The notes below the pieces were generated by a model. The model searched no databases, was not told where the DNA came from, and saw only the letters and a list, made by a program, of their open reading frames with translations. This document shows, in pieces, positions 1-11,154 of a DNA stretch of 64,000 nucleotides. How positions within the stretch are numbered: the first letter of the stretch is position 1; every line of letters starts with the position of its first letter. The stretch is taken from positions 75,856-139,855 of the forward strand of contig CAWJBB010000065.1 in NCBI GenBank assembly GCA_963840855.1. Direction: 5' to 3'. This DNA is from an uncultured delta proteobacterium (GTDB lineage: Bacteria > Desulfobacterota > Binatia > UBA9968). A program made the translations under genes and the position numbers.

Positions 1-637
1 GTTTGCGTTTGAAATTATGCATTGCACGACCCAAATCCCCAGAAGGTCCTTTCCGTGGATCGACGTCGTGCTCGAATGACCACAACCGATCATAAGCAGA
101 CAAATCAGGGGGCGGGGCGCCAACGATCGGCTCTGCGAGTCGGAGGCATTTGACGAAATCTGCGTCTTGGGTAAACACATTAAAAGTGTCAACTCCAGGA
201 AGAAGTCTCTTGGCAAATTCTTGGTCGTTCACCTTTAAGTGGTGAGAAACAACAGCCGATAGGACAGTTTCAAAGTCGATCCCAGCGGAACCGTCTCGAC
301 ACAACCAATCGCGGATTGGCTCAAGGTAAAGCACTAACGCTGAAAGATGTTCGTGACGGATAGCTTGCTGACCTCGGTGGCGGAGGGTAGCTTGAAATCC
401 GTCGTTAGCTTTGCCCAGATCATGAAATAATGCGGCCAACTGCAGGTTCGTTAAGAATTTGGGTAATTGACCTGTGGTTAGGCCGAAAAATCGGAGCCAT
501 TCTGCTCCCAGTCGGGTTGGTTGGCTAGGTGAGCCAAAGAGGTATTGAACGGCATAGCTGACTGTCGTCACGTGCTCGGAGAGACTAATTTGTTGCCCTT
601 TGATAGGGCTCTTTGCAAGAATGACTTCAGTCACCAT
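1..637 (-). CDS. cas3: CRISPR-associated Cas3, N-terminal HD nuclease domain (runs off window)
   Basis: Manual translation from ATG at 637: MVTEVILAKS...SLSEH...LAALFHDLGKANDGFQ...IRHEHLS...VSHH, matching Cas3 HD motifs. Start overlaps the cas6 stop (TAATG). Confidence 0.9.
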   Translation of the reverse strand, partial: MVTEVILAKSPIKGQQISLSEHVTTVSYAVQYLFGSPSQPTRLGAEWLRFFGLTTGQLPKFLTNLQLAALFHDLGKANDGFQATLRHRGQQAIRHEHLSALVLYLEPIRDWLCRDGSAGIDFETVLSAVVSHHLKVNDQEFAKRLLPGVDTFNVFTQDADFVKCLRLAEPIVGAPPPDLSAYDRLWSFEHDVDPRKGPSGDLGRAMHNFKRK

Positions 638-1218
638 TACCTCCGCCACGGTACAAACATCCCACAGCCCATATGTCTGCGACCGCCGAGCCCATTTTCT
701 TGCAACCGTAAAGATTCTTCGGCATCGAGTTCTAACGCTGCTAATTCAAATCCCACGACCTGTTTCTCCTTGACTCGTAGGGTCCGCCGTTCGCCCACCT
801 TGATTTCTGCCTCTATTCCAAGTTTTTCAAGCTGTCGCTTGGCTGCATCCAAGAAAGCTGGAGGCTCCATAAATCCCTTGATCGTGACAAGGCGCGAGTA
901 AAGTGAGGCACGCGAACGCAGAAGGCGAACCTCTGGGACGCCGACCTGGAGAATGTGACTGTCTATGTCTAATCTTTCGCCGGCCAATTTCAAAAATTCT
1001 CCGATGCGCTCGCTTTCCAGTCTTATGACTAATCGCGATGAATCTCTCAGAATTAATTCGCCATTGCCGGAATACGTGCCCCGGATAGGTTGCACGCCAA
1101 TGTTCTTCGCTCCATGAATCGCCGGCAAAAGTCGGCTGATCGCCGAATAGAGCGCGTATCCGTGGTCCACAAGCACCTTGCTGCCGGTCAATCTAAACGC
1201 CAAATCCACGTAGGGCAT
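637..1218 (-). CDS. cas6: Type I-MYXAN-like CRISPR-associated Cas6 (Cmx6)
   Basis: N-terminal VDLAF...DHGYALYSAIS and C-terminal G-loop GLGGRRHMGCGMF; directly upstream of cas3. Confidence 0.92.
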   Translation of the reverse strand: MPYVDLAFRLTGSKVLVDHGYALYSAISRLLPAIHGAKNIGVQPIRGTYSGNGELILRDSSRLVIRLESERIGEFLKLAGERLDIDSHILQVGVPEVRLLRSRASLYSRLVTIKGFMEPPAFLDAAKRQLEKLGIEAEIKVGERRTLRVKEKQVVGFELAALELDAEESLRLQENGLGGRRHMGCGMFVPWRR

Positions 1219-1257
1219 CGCACTTCCTTATTCCAAATCCGAGCTTACAATACGTCG

Positions 1258-1307
1258 TTGACACATAAGGTCACGGTCTTTAAATTTGTTTTGACATTTG
1301 AGGTCAC
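1258..1307. promoter_or_regulatory. Two TGAC-N7-GTCA inverted repeats, putative WYL-regulator operators upstream of cas6
   Basis: TTGACACATAAGGTCAC (1258-1274) and TTGACATTTGAGGTCAC (1291-1307), 33 bp apart. Confidence 0.6.
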
Positions 1308-1318
1308 AACCTTTGGTC

Positions 1319-1530
1319 GGTTCAAAGTTCAATGTTCAAGGTTCAACGTGATCGACCGTTCAAGACGTTCCAGTCGTTCAAATCGTTCCAACCGTTCAAC
1401 CGTTCAACGGTTTTGCTCCGTCGAAGTGGTTCAATGACTCCTAAAACAAGGTCTTCAGCGGGACGATGGCCGAGAGCACCTCCCGGTTCCAGTCGTTCCA
1501 GGGTTCCAGGCGTTCCATTCCTTTCGATTC
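1319..1530 (+). repeat. Degenerate 7-9 bp tandem array (CGTTCAA/CGTTCCA core)
   Basis: gttcaa/cgttcca units repeat at about 9 bp period with no unique spacers. Confidence 0.8.
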
Positions 1531-1562
1531 GTTCGTCAGTACCACTCAGGTTGGACCGCCGG

Positions 1563-2112
1563 TCAGCGTTTTCCGTAACGCGCCGCTCTTTCCTTAGCCA
1601 AAAAGCCGATCTTCCGCTTGTTGGGCTGCGGTGGGGTCATCATCTGGCGTATCGCGTCGAAGACCACCTTGAACTGAGCATCGTATTTCCGTTCCAGCGT
1701 TTCGAGCTTGATTGCCAGATCTTTGTGAGTAGCCAATATTTCCCTTAACCGCACAAAGGCTCTCATGATTTTCAATGTTAACAGCAACGGCTCGTTTACT
1801 CCGTAGAACGCTGGAAAGCATGGCAACCCCTTGTTCGGTAAATGCGTAAGGAAGGTATTTCCGATGTCGTCCCCGGCCCGTTTCTAAGGTCACAATTTGT
1901 GACCTTAGAGCAACGAACTCCTCGTTTGTTAGCTGAAACATGAAGTCGGCGGGGAACCGGTCTTTATTGCGTTTAACGGCTTGGTTGAAAACTTTGGTCG
2001 GCACTTCGTAAAGCTCTGCCAGGTTGGCATCCAGCATTACTTTCTGACTGCGGATGAGAAAGATGGACTTCTCGATCCGCTCGGAAGGAATGATTTGATC
2101 TTTATCGGGCAT
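1563..2112 (-). CDS. ORF6N-domain DNA-binding protein (apparent frameshift near 1770)
   Basis: [18 protein letters not shown]...[17 protein letters not shown]...[16 protein letters not shown]; the C-terminus [10 protein letters not shown]...KRKIGF continues in the neighbouring frame after an extra A. Confidence 0.88.
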
Positions 2113-2386
2113 ATTTGCTGGGGATATTATGCAATCTGGCGGCGCGAGGGCAAGTCGGTTTTCTGCGGCCTACTTCGGCCCGATGCTATACGTGCATCGA
2201 CCAACCCCTTCCGTTTCTTGCCACTGTTTTGATCCATCAACAGGTTTGCTTCGTCACCTTACTCCATAAGGAAACTACCGTTCCAATGGTTCCACTTGCT
2301 CTCACCCCCAGATCCACCGTCCCCGTTCCAATTGTTCAAGGGCTTTTGCCGGTTTGATACGATGAACGAGCCAATTCAAACCGCAA

Positions 2387-3372
2387 TTACGGACTGGAAC
2401 CGAGCACTTTCCTGGCCTCTTCTCTCACTTTTTGTCTCACCGCCTCAGGTCCCACGACCGTCACCTCACCCCCAAAGCTCAATATCCATCCGACCAGCTC
2501 GTCGTTGTCCGCGACTTTCAAGATCATTTTGAGCCGGCCGTCCTTCAAGAGTTTGGTTTCCTGGCTCGGGTGCCAGCTTTTGTCTTTGACCCAGGCGGAG
2601 GCTTTTTGGAAAACAGCAGCTCGACTTCGATGCGGCGGCCGCGCATGACGTTCAGCGCGTCCTGGACGTATTCCTGAACGTTGAACCCGAGCGGCAATTG
2701 GTAGGGATGGTCGGTGTGCGCGATCGTGCGGATTCGTTCGACGGCGAACAGCCGCACGTCTTTGCGCAAGTGACAGTAGGCGATCAAATAGAGCCCGCCG
2801 GCGGCGAACCAGAGATGATACGGATCGACTTCGCGCCGTCCGGTGTTGTCGCGCGAGGCTGAGTAGTAGCGCATTTGCGCCGTGCGCCGTTTGTCGATGG
2901 CTTGGGAAATGAGATCGACGGTTTGCCGGTGCTCGCGGTAGCTCTTGTGCGGGCCGAGGCCGACTGTAAACATCTGTTCCATGGACCGCACGTACTCGTG
3001 GCCCTGGGGTGGCAGGGCCGCGGATGCTTTAGACAGGGCGGAGTTGAGAGACTCGGAAATCTCTGTGCCTTCGAGCGGTTTTAGAAGATTGCGGCTAAGG
3101 AGCAATGCCATCAGCTCGGTGGCGGAAAAGCCCAGCGCGGGAATAGCGCGAAAACCTTCCATCAATCGCCAGCGGGTCTGGCCGTTGTGACGTTCGGTGA
3201 TGACGGGAAACCCGACCGCTTCCAGGGCCTCTAAATCGCGCCGCACTGTGCGGGCGTTTTTCGGGAAATCTTCAGGTACGGATTCGACAAGTGCCTGCAG
3301 AGTCAGGCCGTTCGCGCCTTCGAGACGGCGCAATAGATGCCACTGCCGGGTGATCTGGTCGTTTCGCGGCAT
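2387..3372 (-). CDS. wHTH-WYL-WCX transcriptional regulator (two homopolymer frameshifts in the C-terminus)
   Basis: RTVRRDLEALE HTH; RREVDPYHL..LYLIAYCHLRKDVRLFAVERI WYL core; restoring bases near 2605 and 2470 gives WHPSQ...ELVGWILSFG, stop at 2387. Confidence 0.9.
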
Positions 3373-3576
3373 AAGTCCGCCCGTACACTACGGGATACGC
3401 GCGGCAAACGTCAACTGCGCGGGGATCGACAGTGATTCCGAAAGGCAAATATTCGATGCACCGCCATAGGGTACTGGCAAGACTGGCCCTGCCCGCTATT
3501 TGCCGACCAAACATCAGGTGGTCGTTGGTCCTTCCACTTGGCGGAGGGTAAGTTGATACTGGTGGTAGCCAATCTG

Positions 3577-4122
3577 TCAGGCAAAATCTCTAGGCAGGGT
3601 ATCGGACAGGGGATCGCTCCGCATCAGCATGTCCGTGAGCTGCGCCCGATGATTGGCTTCTTCGGCGAGGATGCGACGCAAGGTTGTCGCGGTCTCGGCA
3701 TCGAATGGCTCGACCATCGGCAGCCGGTCGGTCAGGTCCCATAAGTGGCGCTTCTTTGCCGTAAGATCGAGGCGCAAATCCTCCCAAGTGTTCGAGCCGT
3801 CTTCTATTGCGGACGAAATTTCCGGGATCTCACCTCCCAGGGCGAGAATCCTTTCCTTAAGCCACTGGGCGTGCTTTTCTTCGTCTTCGGCGATTCGCAA
3901 GAGCTTCTCACGAAAATGCTTATAGCGCATTTGCTCCGCATGGCGCCTGTACTGGAATGCGTCTTTCATTTTATCGACATACTCTTGGGAAAGCAGCGCG
4001 AGAATCTCTTTCCGCGGATCGTGGGTCAGGACGCGCTGGACTCGACCCCAGATGCTTTTCAACGCGCTAGAGAGAGACACAGGGCCTCCATTATCGTCTT
4101 GGTGAAAGTTACCGGTCTTCAT
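3577..4122 (-). CDS. Ferritin-like/rubrerythrin-fold protein
   Basis: IAEDEEKHAQWLKERILALGG and ILAEEANH ExxH motifs; start at MKTGNF inferred. Confidence 0.75.
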   Translation of the reverse strand: MKTGNFHQDDNGGPVSLSSALKSIWGRVQRVLTHDPRKEILALLSQEYVDKMKDAFQYRRHAEQMRYKHFREKLLRIAEDEEKHAQWLKERILALGGEIPEISSAIEDGSNTWEDLRLDLTAKKRHLWDLTDRLPMVEPFDAETATTLRRILAEEANHRAQLTDMLMRSDPLSDTLPRDFA

Positions 4123-4373
4123 GTAAAGTGCGAAAATACGTTGTGGCTTCTTTCCCCGGGCCTTCCCCCTTTTTGTAGCGCGGTCCGGGCAGATAAAAGA
4201 CTGAGGACTGTCCGTCACGCGGTTGCCGGTACAAGCCTGGTCAGTTGAAAGACTTCCTCCGGCATCTCCGTGCTGAGACAATCACCTCTCTTTCTTGGGC
4301 TAGTCTGATCACGAAGCTTCGTAACCTGTGCGCAATCCTACTGGAGTGATGCATTTCGAACCCAATACTCCGT

Positions 4374-7016
4374 CTACGCCGCCGCGGCGCCGCGGTCGGC
4401 CTCCGCGCGGCTCTCGACGCTGAATTTCAGCTCGCCGCTGGCACGGTCGTGGTCGACGATCACCGTCTGGCCGTCCTTGACTTCGCCTTTGAGTAAGAGC
4501 CGGCCCAAAGGCGTCTCGATCTCCTTCTGGATCGCCCGTTTCAACGGCCGGGCGCCGTAGCTGGGATCGTAACCGCTGACAGCCAAATGCTCGCGCGCCC
4601 GCTCGGTGAGATCGAGGGTAATGTGGCGCTCGGCCAGCCGGGCCCGCAGCCGCTCGAGCTGGATCTCGACGATCTGCTTCAGATGCTCCCGCGCCAGGCT
4701 GTGGAAGACCACGATCTCATCGACCCGGTTGAGAAACTCCGGCCGGAATTGCTGCCGCAGCGCGTCCAGCACTTCCTTCTTCATCATTTCGTAGGAATCG
4801 GTATCGCCGCCGCCCCGATAGGCGAGAATCAGCTGGCTGCCGACGTTGGAGGTCATGATCACCACCGTGTTCTTGAAATCCACCGTGCGCCCGTGGCCGT
4901 CGGTGAGCCGGCCGTCATCGAGAATTTGCAATAACACATTGAACACGTCGGTATGCGCCTTCTCGATCTCGTCGAATAGCACCACGGTGTAGGGCCGCCG
5001 CCGCACCGCCTCGGTTAACTGGCCGCCTTCGTCGTAACCGACGTAGCCCGGCGGCGCGCCTATCAAGCGGGCCACGGTATGTCTTTCCTGGAACTCGGAC
5101 ATGTCGAGGCGCACCATATTTTTCTCGTCGTCGAATAGAAACTCCGCCAGGGCGCGTGCCAACTCCGTCTTACCTACTCCCGTGGGGCCGAGAAAAATAA
5201 ATGAACCGATGGGACGATTGGGATCTTTCAGTCCCGAGCGAGCGCGCACCACCGCGTCGGCGACGGCTTCAACCGCTTCGTCCTGGCCAACGACGCGCTT
5301 GTGCAGATGTTCGCCCAGCTGGAGCAGTTTTTCTTTCTCGCCTTCGAGTAGTTTCGAAACCGGAATGCCCGTCCAGCGCGCCACCACCGCCGCAATGTCG
5401 TCCTCGTCGACCTCTTCCTTGATCAGCTGCATGCTGCCCTGTTCGTGCAGCCGTTTCTCTTCGGCGGCCAAGTCGCGTTCGAGCTGAGCCAGCTTGCCGT
5501 ATTTGAGCTCGGCGGCGCGATTGAGATCGTACTGCCGCTCCGCCTGCTCGATGGCCAATTTGGCTTTCTCTATTTCTTCCTTGAGGCTGCGCAGACGGGT
5601 TAGGGCTTGCTTTTCCACCTCCCAGCGCGCTTTCAGTTCTTGTTGCTGGGCTTTCAAGTCCGCCAGCTCCTTTTCCAATTTGACCAGCCGTTCGCGCGAC
5701 GCCGCGTCGCTTTCCTTGCGCAGCGCCTCGCGTTCGATTTCCAGTTGCATGACCCGGCGTGAAACGTTGTCGAGCTCCGTCGGCATCGACTCGATCTCGG
5801 TGCGCAGCTTGGCGGCCGCCTCATCGACCAGATCAATGGCCTTGTCGGGCAAGAACCGGTCGGTGATATAGCGATGCGAGAGCACCGCGGCGGTGACCAG
5901 CGCGGCGTCTTTAATGCGCACGCCGTGGTGAACTTCGTAGCGCTCGCGCAGGCCGCGCAGGATCGAGATGGTATCCTCGACGCTGGGCTGATCGACAAAC
6001 ACCGGCTGGAAGCGCCGCTCCAGCGCCCGGTCTTTTTCGACGTGCTTTCGGTACTCATCCAGGGTGGTGGCGCCAATGCAGTGCAGCTCGCCGCGCGCCA
6101 GCAGCGGCTTGAGCAGGTTGGAAGCGTCCATGGAGCCCTCCGCGGCCCCCGCCCCCACCACGGTGTGCAGTTCGTCGATGAACAGGATGACTTCCCCCTG
6201 GGATTCCTGGACCTCTTTGAGCACCGCCTTGAGCCGCTCTTCAAATTCGCCGCGGTACTTCGCCCCGGCGATCAGCGCGCCCATATCCAACGAAATAAGC
6301 CGTTTGTTCTTGAGGCTTTCGGGTACATCACCGCGCAAAATGCGCTGGGCCAAGCCTTCGACGATGGCGGTCTTGCCGACACCGGGGTCGCCGATCAGCA
6401 CGGGATTATTTTTGCTGCGCCGGGAGAGCACTTGGACCACGCGGCGAATTTCTTCGTCGCGGCCAATCACCGGGTCGAGCTTGCCTTGAGCGGCGAGCTT
6501 GGTGAAGTCGCGGCCGTATTTTTCCAGAGCCTGATATGTCGCCTCAGGATTCTGCGATGTCACCCGCTGGTTGCCCCGTATATCTTTCAACGCCCCGGCC
6601 AATTTTTCGCGGCTCACGCCGAATTCCTTGAGAACCCGTCCGGCGGCGCCGCCATCTTCCGTCATGGCGAGCAGCAGATGTTCTATGGAGATGAATTCAT
6701 CCTTGAGGTTTTTCGCCTCGTCTTCGGCCTGCGCCAGCAGGCGATTCAAACGGCCGGTGATGTAAATTTGCTCGGGCGCGCCCCCGGCTTGTGACACCCT
6801 GGGCATGCGCTCGAGCTCTTGCTCGACGCGCCGCTTGAAGCCATCAGCGTTGACGCCGGCCTTGCCCAAAATCGACGCCGCCAGACCGTTCTCCTGTTCG
6901 AGCAGCACCGCCAGCAAATGCTCTACGTCAACCTGCTGATGGCTGTAACGGGCAGCTTTGGTTTGTGCCGCGCTGATGGCTTCTTGAGCTTTTTGCGTAA
7001 AGCGGTTGATGTCCAT
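4374..7016 (-). CDS. clpB: ATP-dependent disaggregase ClpB
   Basis: Two Walker A motifs ([16 protein letters not shown]), coiled-coil middle domain, [13 protein letters not shown]. Confidence 0.98.
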   Translation of the reverse strand: MDINRFTQKAQEAISAAQTKAARYSHQQVDVEHLLAVLLEQENGLAASILGKAGVNADGFKRRVEQELERMPRVSQAGGAPEQIYITGRLNRLLAQAEDEAKNLKDEFISIEHLLLAMTEDGGAAGRVLKEFGVSREKLAGALKDIRGNQRVTSQNPEATYQALEKYGRDFTKLAAQGKLDPVIGRDEEIRRVVQVLSRRSKNNPVLIGDPGVGKTAIVEGLAQRILRGDVPESLKNKRLISLDMGALIAGAKYRGEFEERLKAVLKEVQESQGEVILFIDELHTVVGAGAAEGSMDASNLLKPLLARGELHCIGATTLDEYRKHVEKDRALERRFQPVFVDQPSVEDTISILRGLRERYEVHHGVRIKDAALVTAAVLSHRYITDRFLPDKAIDLVDEAAAKLRTEIESMPTELDNVSRRVMQLEIEREALRKESDAASRERLVKLEKELADLKAQQQELKARWEVEKQALTRLRSLKEEIEKAKLAIEQAERQYDLNRAAELKYGKLAQLERDLAAEEKRLHEQGSMQLIKEEVDEDDIAAVVARWTGIPVSKLLEGEKEKLLQLGEHLHKRVVGQDEAVEAVADAVVRARSGLKDPNRPIGSFIFLGPTGVGKTELARALAEFLFDDEKNMVRLDMSEFQERHTVARLIGAPPGYVGYDEGGQLTEAVRRRPYTVVLFDEIEKAHTDVFNVLLQILDDGRLTDGHGRTVDFKNTVVIMTSNVGSQLILAYRGGGDTDSYEMMKKEVLDALRQQFRPEFLNRVDEIVVFHSLAREHLKQIVEIQLERLRARLAERHITLDLTERAREHLAVSGYDPSYGARPLKRAIQKEIETPLGRLLLKGEVKDGQTVIVDHDRASGELKFSVESRAEADRGAAAA

Positions 7017-7200
7017 GGCAACTCTCCTTTGCTGAGTTGGAGTTCAAGGTTCAACGTCCGAATCGAATTACAACTTTGAACATTGAACCATAGCTTTCAA
7101 AGCCGGTCTTGACGTACTATCGCCAACCCTGTCTCCCCTTACGAAGGCGAGATTCAGTGGGGAGTCACCACGACGTGAACGGCGCGCAACCGAAAGCTGC

Positions 7201-7689
7201 TCACTGCGCGACTCGGACGCGCGCGGGCCTGAGCACTTCGTCGCCCCAGCGATAACCGCGCTGCAACTCCTCTGTGACTGTGCCCGGTTCGACCTCCGCG
7301 CTTCGCACCGAGCCGATGGCGTCGTGGAGTTCGGGGTCAAAAGTCTCGCCCAAACTTTTGAGCGGACTGACGCCGTGGGCTTCGAGCAGACCGAGGAGTT
7401 GGCGGTGCAGCAACCGCAAACCCTCCGACACCGATGAGGGTCTTTCGCCTATGTGAGTGAGCGCGCGGTCGAAGCCGTCCATCACTTCAAGCAGCGACAG
7501 TATGACGTCGCGCTTGCCGCTATGGGCCGCGCTGGAACGCTCCCGCTCCACCCGCCGGCGATAATTGTCAAAGTCGGCCAGCGCGCGCAGATACATATCA
7601 TGCTCGCGGCGCAACTCTTCTTTGAGCCTCTCGGTTTCGGCGGCAGCGTCCGTCGTTGGACGATTTTTGTTTTGCTCGGTGGCTTCCAT
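7201..7689 (-). CDS. grpE: Nucleotide exchange factor GrpE
   Basis: YLRALADFDNYRRR, GETFDPELHDA, QRGY..LRPARVRV. Confidence 0.95.
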   Translation of the reverse strand: MEATEQNKNRPTTDAAAETERLKEELRREHDMYLRALADFDNYRRRVERERSSAAHSGKRDVILSLLEVMDGFDRALTHIGERPSSVSEGLRLLHRQLLGLLEAHGVSPLKSLGETFDPELHDAIGSVRSAEVEPGTVTEELQRGYRWGDEVLRPARVRVAQ

Positions 7690-7783
7690 TATTTCCTTAA
7701 AGAGTTTCGGAGCGCTGGAGCAATGGAGTAGTGGAATTAAAACCCAATCCTCCAGTACTCCAATACTCCATGACTCCGTTCTT

Positions 7784-9670
7784 CTAAGTTTCTTTGAACT
7801 CCGCGTCGATCACGTCGTCATCGCCGCCAGGCCGGCCGCCGCCTTGCGCGCCGCCCGAAGTCCTCTGGCCGCCACCCGCCGCCGACGCCAAACCGTAAGC
7901 CACCTGCTGCAGGTCGCCGGTGAGCTGGCGCAGCCGCGCGATGTCCGACGAGTTGTTCTTCACCAGTTCGCGTATCTCGGCGATCAGCTGCTCGGCGCGC
8001 GCTTTGTCGTTGAGCGCCACGCGGTCGCCGAGATCGCGTATCTGCCGTTCGACTTGGTACGCTATCGAGTCGGCGCTGTTGCGCGCTTCAACCTCTTCGC
8101 GCCGCCTGCGGTCTTCGTCGGCGTGGGACTGCGCGTCGGCGACCATGCGGTCGATCTCTTCCTTAGCCAGTTGAGTCGAGCCGCTGATGGTGATTTTCTG
8201 CTCCTTGCCGCTTTGTTTGTCTTTTGCGGTCACCGTCAAGATGCCGTTGGCATCGATGTCGAATGTCACTTCGATTTGCGCCGCTCCCCGCGGCGCCGGT
8301 TGGATACCTTCAAGGCGGAAATTGCCGAGAGTACGGTTGTCGCGCGCCAGCTCACGCTCGCCTTGGAGCACGTGGATGTCGACCGCGGCTTGGTTATCCT
8401 CGGCGGTGGAGAAGGTTTCCGACTTGCGCGCGGGTATAGTGGTGTTGCGCTCGATGAGCTTGGTCATGACTCCGCCGAGGGTCTCGACGCCGAGAGAGAG
8501 CGGCGTCACGTCGAGCAGCAGTACGTTTTTAACTTCGCCGGCCAGCACACCCGCCTGGATCGCTGCGCCAACGGCGACGACTTCGTCCGGATTGACCGAT
8601 TGGTTAGCCTCTTTGCCGCCGGTCAGACGACGGACGAGGGTCTGAACCGCCGGAATACGCGTCGAGCCGCCCACCAGGATGACTTCATCGATGTCCTTCT
8701 CGGTGATCTTGGCATCCTCAAGTGCCCGCTTCACCGGTCCGACGCAGCGCTCTACCAGATCCGCCGTGAGTTGATCGAACTTGGCGCGCGTAAGCTTCAT
8801 CTCCAGGTGTTTCGGCCCCGTCGCGTCAGCGGTAACGAATGGCAAACTGATGGTCGTCTCAATGGCGCTCGAAAGCTCTATCTTCGCCTTCTCCGCCGCT
8901 TCGGTTAATCGCTGCAGTGCCTGGCGGTCTTTGCGCAGATCGATCCCCTGATCGCGGCGAAACTCTTCCGCCATCCAATCCACCAGCCGCTTGTCAAAAT
9001 CGTCGCCGCCCAGGTGCGTATCGCCGGAGGTTGAGTGAACTTCGAACAGCCCGTCGCCGACGTCGAGTATCGAGACGTCAAAGGTGCCGCCGCCGAGATC
9101 GAACACCAGGATGGTTTCATTTTTCTTTTTGTCGAGTCCGTAGGCCAGCGACGCCGCCGTCGGCTCGTTGATAATGCGCAGCACATTGAGTCCGGCGATT
9201 TTGCCGGCATCTTTGGTCGCCTGGCGCTGCGCGTCATTAAAATAAGCCGGCACGGTGATCACCGCGTCGCCGACTTTCTCGCCGAGATATTTTGCCGCAT
9301 CGTCGGCGAGCTTGCGCAGCACCAGCGCGGAAATCTCTTCGGGGGCGTATTGTTTGCCCGTGATATCGAAGCGCACGGCGTCATTGGGGCCGGCGACCAC
9401 TTTGTAGGGAACGTTCTTAAGTTCCGACTGGACCTCGGAGTAACGCCGTCCGATGAAACGCTTGGCGGAGTAGATGGTATTTTCCGGGTTGAGTACGGCC
9501 TGGCGCTTGGCGATCTGCCCGACCAGCCGTTCGCCCGTCTTGGTGAAGGCGACAACCGAGGGAGTGAGGCGGCTACCCTCGCTGTTGATGATCACGGTGG
9601 GCTTTCCGCCCTCCATGACTGCTACCACGGAATTCGTGGTACCGAGGTCTATGCCAATTGCCTTTGCCAT
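7784..9670 (-). CDS. dnaK: Chaperone DnaK
   Basis: [37 protein letters not shown]. Confidence 0.98.
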   Translation of the reverse strand: MAKAIGIDLGTTNSVVAVMEGGKPTVIINSEGSRLTPSVVAFTKTGERLVGQIAKRQAVLNPENTIYSAKRFIGRRYSEVQSELKNVPYKVVAGPNDAVRFDITGKQYAPEEISALVLRKLADDAAKYLGEKVGDAVITVPAYFNDAQRQATKDAGKIAGLNVLRIINEPTAASLAYGLDKKKNETILVFDLGGGTFDVSILDVGDGLFEVHSTSGDTHLGGDDFDKRLVDWMAEEFRRDQGIDLRKDRQALQRLTEAAEKAKIELSSAIETTISLPFVTADATGPKHLEMKLTRAKFDQLTADLVERCVGPVKRALEDAKITEKDIDEVILVGGSTRIPAVQTLVRRLTGGKEANQSVNPDEVVAVGAAIQAGVLAGEVKNVLLLDVTPLSLGVETLGGVMTKLIERNTTIPARKSETFSTAEDNQAAVDIHVLQGERELARDNRTLGNFRLEGIQPAPRGAAQIEVTFDIDANGILTVTAKDKQSGKEQKITISGSTQLAKEEIDRMVADAQSHADEDRRRREEVEARNSADSIAYQVERQIRDLGDRVALNDKARAEQLIAEIRELVKNNSSDIARLRQLTGDLQQVAYGLASAAGGGQRTSGGAQGGGRPGGDDDVIDAEFKET

Positions 9671-9798
9671 AACAACTCCTCCTTTAAATTAAATCATGCT
9701 GCATCTATTTGACCCGCACGTTTTATTCTCCGTTTAGAGCGCGTCCTGGCCGCGCGCCATAGAGCAAAAGATTGACGGCGGATTTTTTTCCATCGTCG

Positions 9799-10506
9799 TC
9801 ATCGGAAATCTTGCCCGTAACCCGCTCCATAAGCCACGCGGATATGCACGCGCAGATAGAAATCGTGCACGCCGAGGCCGCGCAGAGGAACCTCCATGAG
9901 CGTGCCGTCACCAACCATGGGCGGAATACAGATGCGCACGGTCTCCTGTTCTTCAATGAGTCCTTCCCCGTCACAGCCACTGCAGGGAAACATGCTTTCT
10001 CGTCCCGATCCGCCGCAGCGCTCGCAAGGAAAACAGGTTGGCAGGCCAAGGAACACAATCCCGCCGCGCGCGGCCTCATCGCTTGATAGAATAATGCGCG
10101 CGGTGAGCGGCTCCGGGATTTCCTTCGCGGGCAGTTCGGCGGCAGTAAGACTGCCGCTCACTCGAGCCAACGCTGCTTCGAACACCGCATCTTTTATCGA
10201 AAGGGCGCGCAAAACGGCGGCTGCCTGTGGCAAGCTCCTATCCACTTCGACCCCCAGGGAAATAGCTGCGGGCGAAATTTCCGCTCCGGCGCCCGCCTGT
10301 TCGAGCCCGCGGTCGTACTGGCTGCGCCGCGCGGGGTCTGCAAGAACATGATACGCTTCCAGAATTCTCTGGAAAAAATGCAAACGTTCAGGGCCCAAGC
10401 GATCAGGGCGGTAGCGTTTCGCCAAGTCCAGGAAGGCCTCGCGGATCCCCTGGGTAGTCTCGTTGCGCGAAACTCCCAATATCAAGTAGTAACTCTTTCG
10501 CACCAT
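9799..10506 (-). CDS. DnaJ-like protein (J domain with RPD in place of HPD, partial Zn finger)
   Basis: SYYLILGVS..AKRYRPD..ILEAYHVLADPARRSQYD; CERCGGSG and CSGCDGEG motifs. Confidence 0.8.
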   Translation of the reverse strand: MVRKSYYLILGVSRNETTQGIREAFLDLAKRYRPDRLGPERLHFFQRILEAYHVLADPARRSQYDRGLEQAGAGAEISPAAISLGVEVDRSLPQAAAVLRALSIKDAVFEAALARVSGSLTAAELPAKEIPEPLTARIILSSDEAARGGIVFLGLPTCFPCERCGGSGRESMFPCSGCDGEGLIEEQETVRICIPPMVGDGTLMEVPLRGLGVHDFYLRVHIRVAYGAGYGQDFR

Positions 10507-10537
10507 TCCTTCTTCGCTCTTCAATAATTCGATTCGC

Positions 10538-10554
10538 AGCAACCCTTATGCCAA
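10538..10554 (-). promoter_or_regulatory. Sigma-54 (-24/-12) promoter upstream of the dnaJ-like/dnaK/grpE/clpB run
   Basis: Minus strand reads TTGGCATAAGGGTTGCT (GG-N10-GC), about 30 bp before the ATG at 10506. Confidence 0.65.
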
Positions 10555-10701
10555 ACTGAAATATCCGTGGATCCTTTCCAAAATCCACTTCTCACTCAAT
10601 CGTTTAGATAAACTGCGACTGTTTTTTGATAATGAGTTGTATCGGAATTGGGTCAAAGGCCGCATCGATATATCGAGCGAGTCGATCCGCCCGGACCTGG
10701 T

Positions 10702-11154
10702 CTAAGGTGCCCTTAGAGCCGCGCTGGTGCCGATAATTTCGGCAAATTTGTGCTGTGGAATGCCCAGCCGCTGTTGCCGCGCTCTGCGCGCAATCCCCTG
10801 ATGGATCGCGTCAAGAAATACCTGATTGTCGAAGGGTTTTGTGAAGAACTCCAGAGCCCCTGCCTTGATGGCCCGCACCGACATCGGGATGTCGCCGTGA
10901 GCGGTGATGAAAAAGATCGGAATCGCGACCTTGGCCTTGGCCAACTGCTGCTGCAGGTCAAGACCGCTCAGCCCGGGCAGGTGCACGTCGAGCACCAGGC
11001 AGCTGGGCACGTCGGGGCGATGATATATCAGGAAGTCTTGCGCCGAGGCGAATGTTCGCGCGCTGAGCCCGTCCGAGGCCAAGAGACTTACCAGGGCCTC
11101 GCGCATCGAGGGGTCATCATCAACGATAAAAACTATCGGGGATTGCTCTCCCAT
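10702..11154 (-). pseudogene. Response regulator receiver domain, truncated where a sigma-54 AAA+ domain would begin
   Basis: IVDDD..CLVLDVHLPGLSG..TAHGD..FFTKPF, then EIIGTSAALR and a stop; no output domain. Confidence 0.65.

Noticed and set aside
1319-1560. Possible CRISPR array next to cas6
   Set aside because: Units are 7-9 bp and degenerate, have no 30-40 bp spacers, and recur in unrelated intergenic regions.
7565-9712. Long plus-strand ORFs opposite dnaK
   Set aside because: Well-known antisense shadow frames of GC-rich dnaK.
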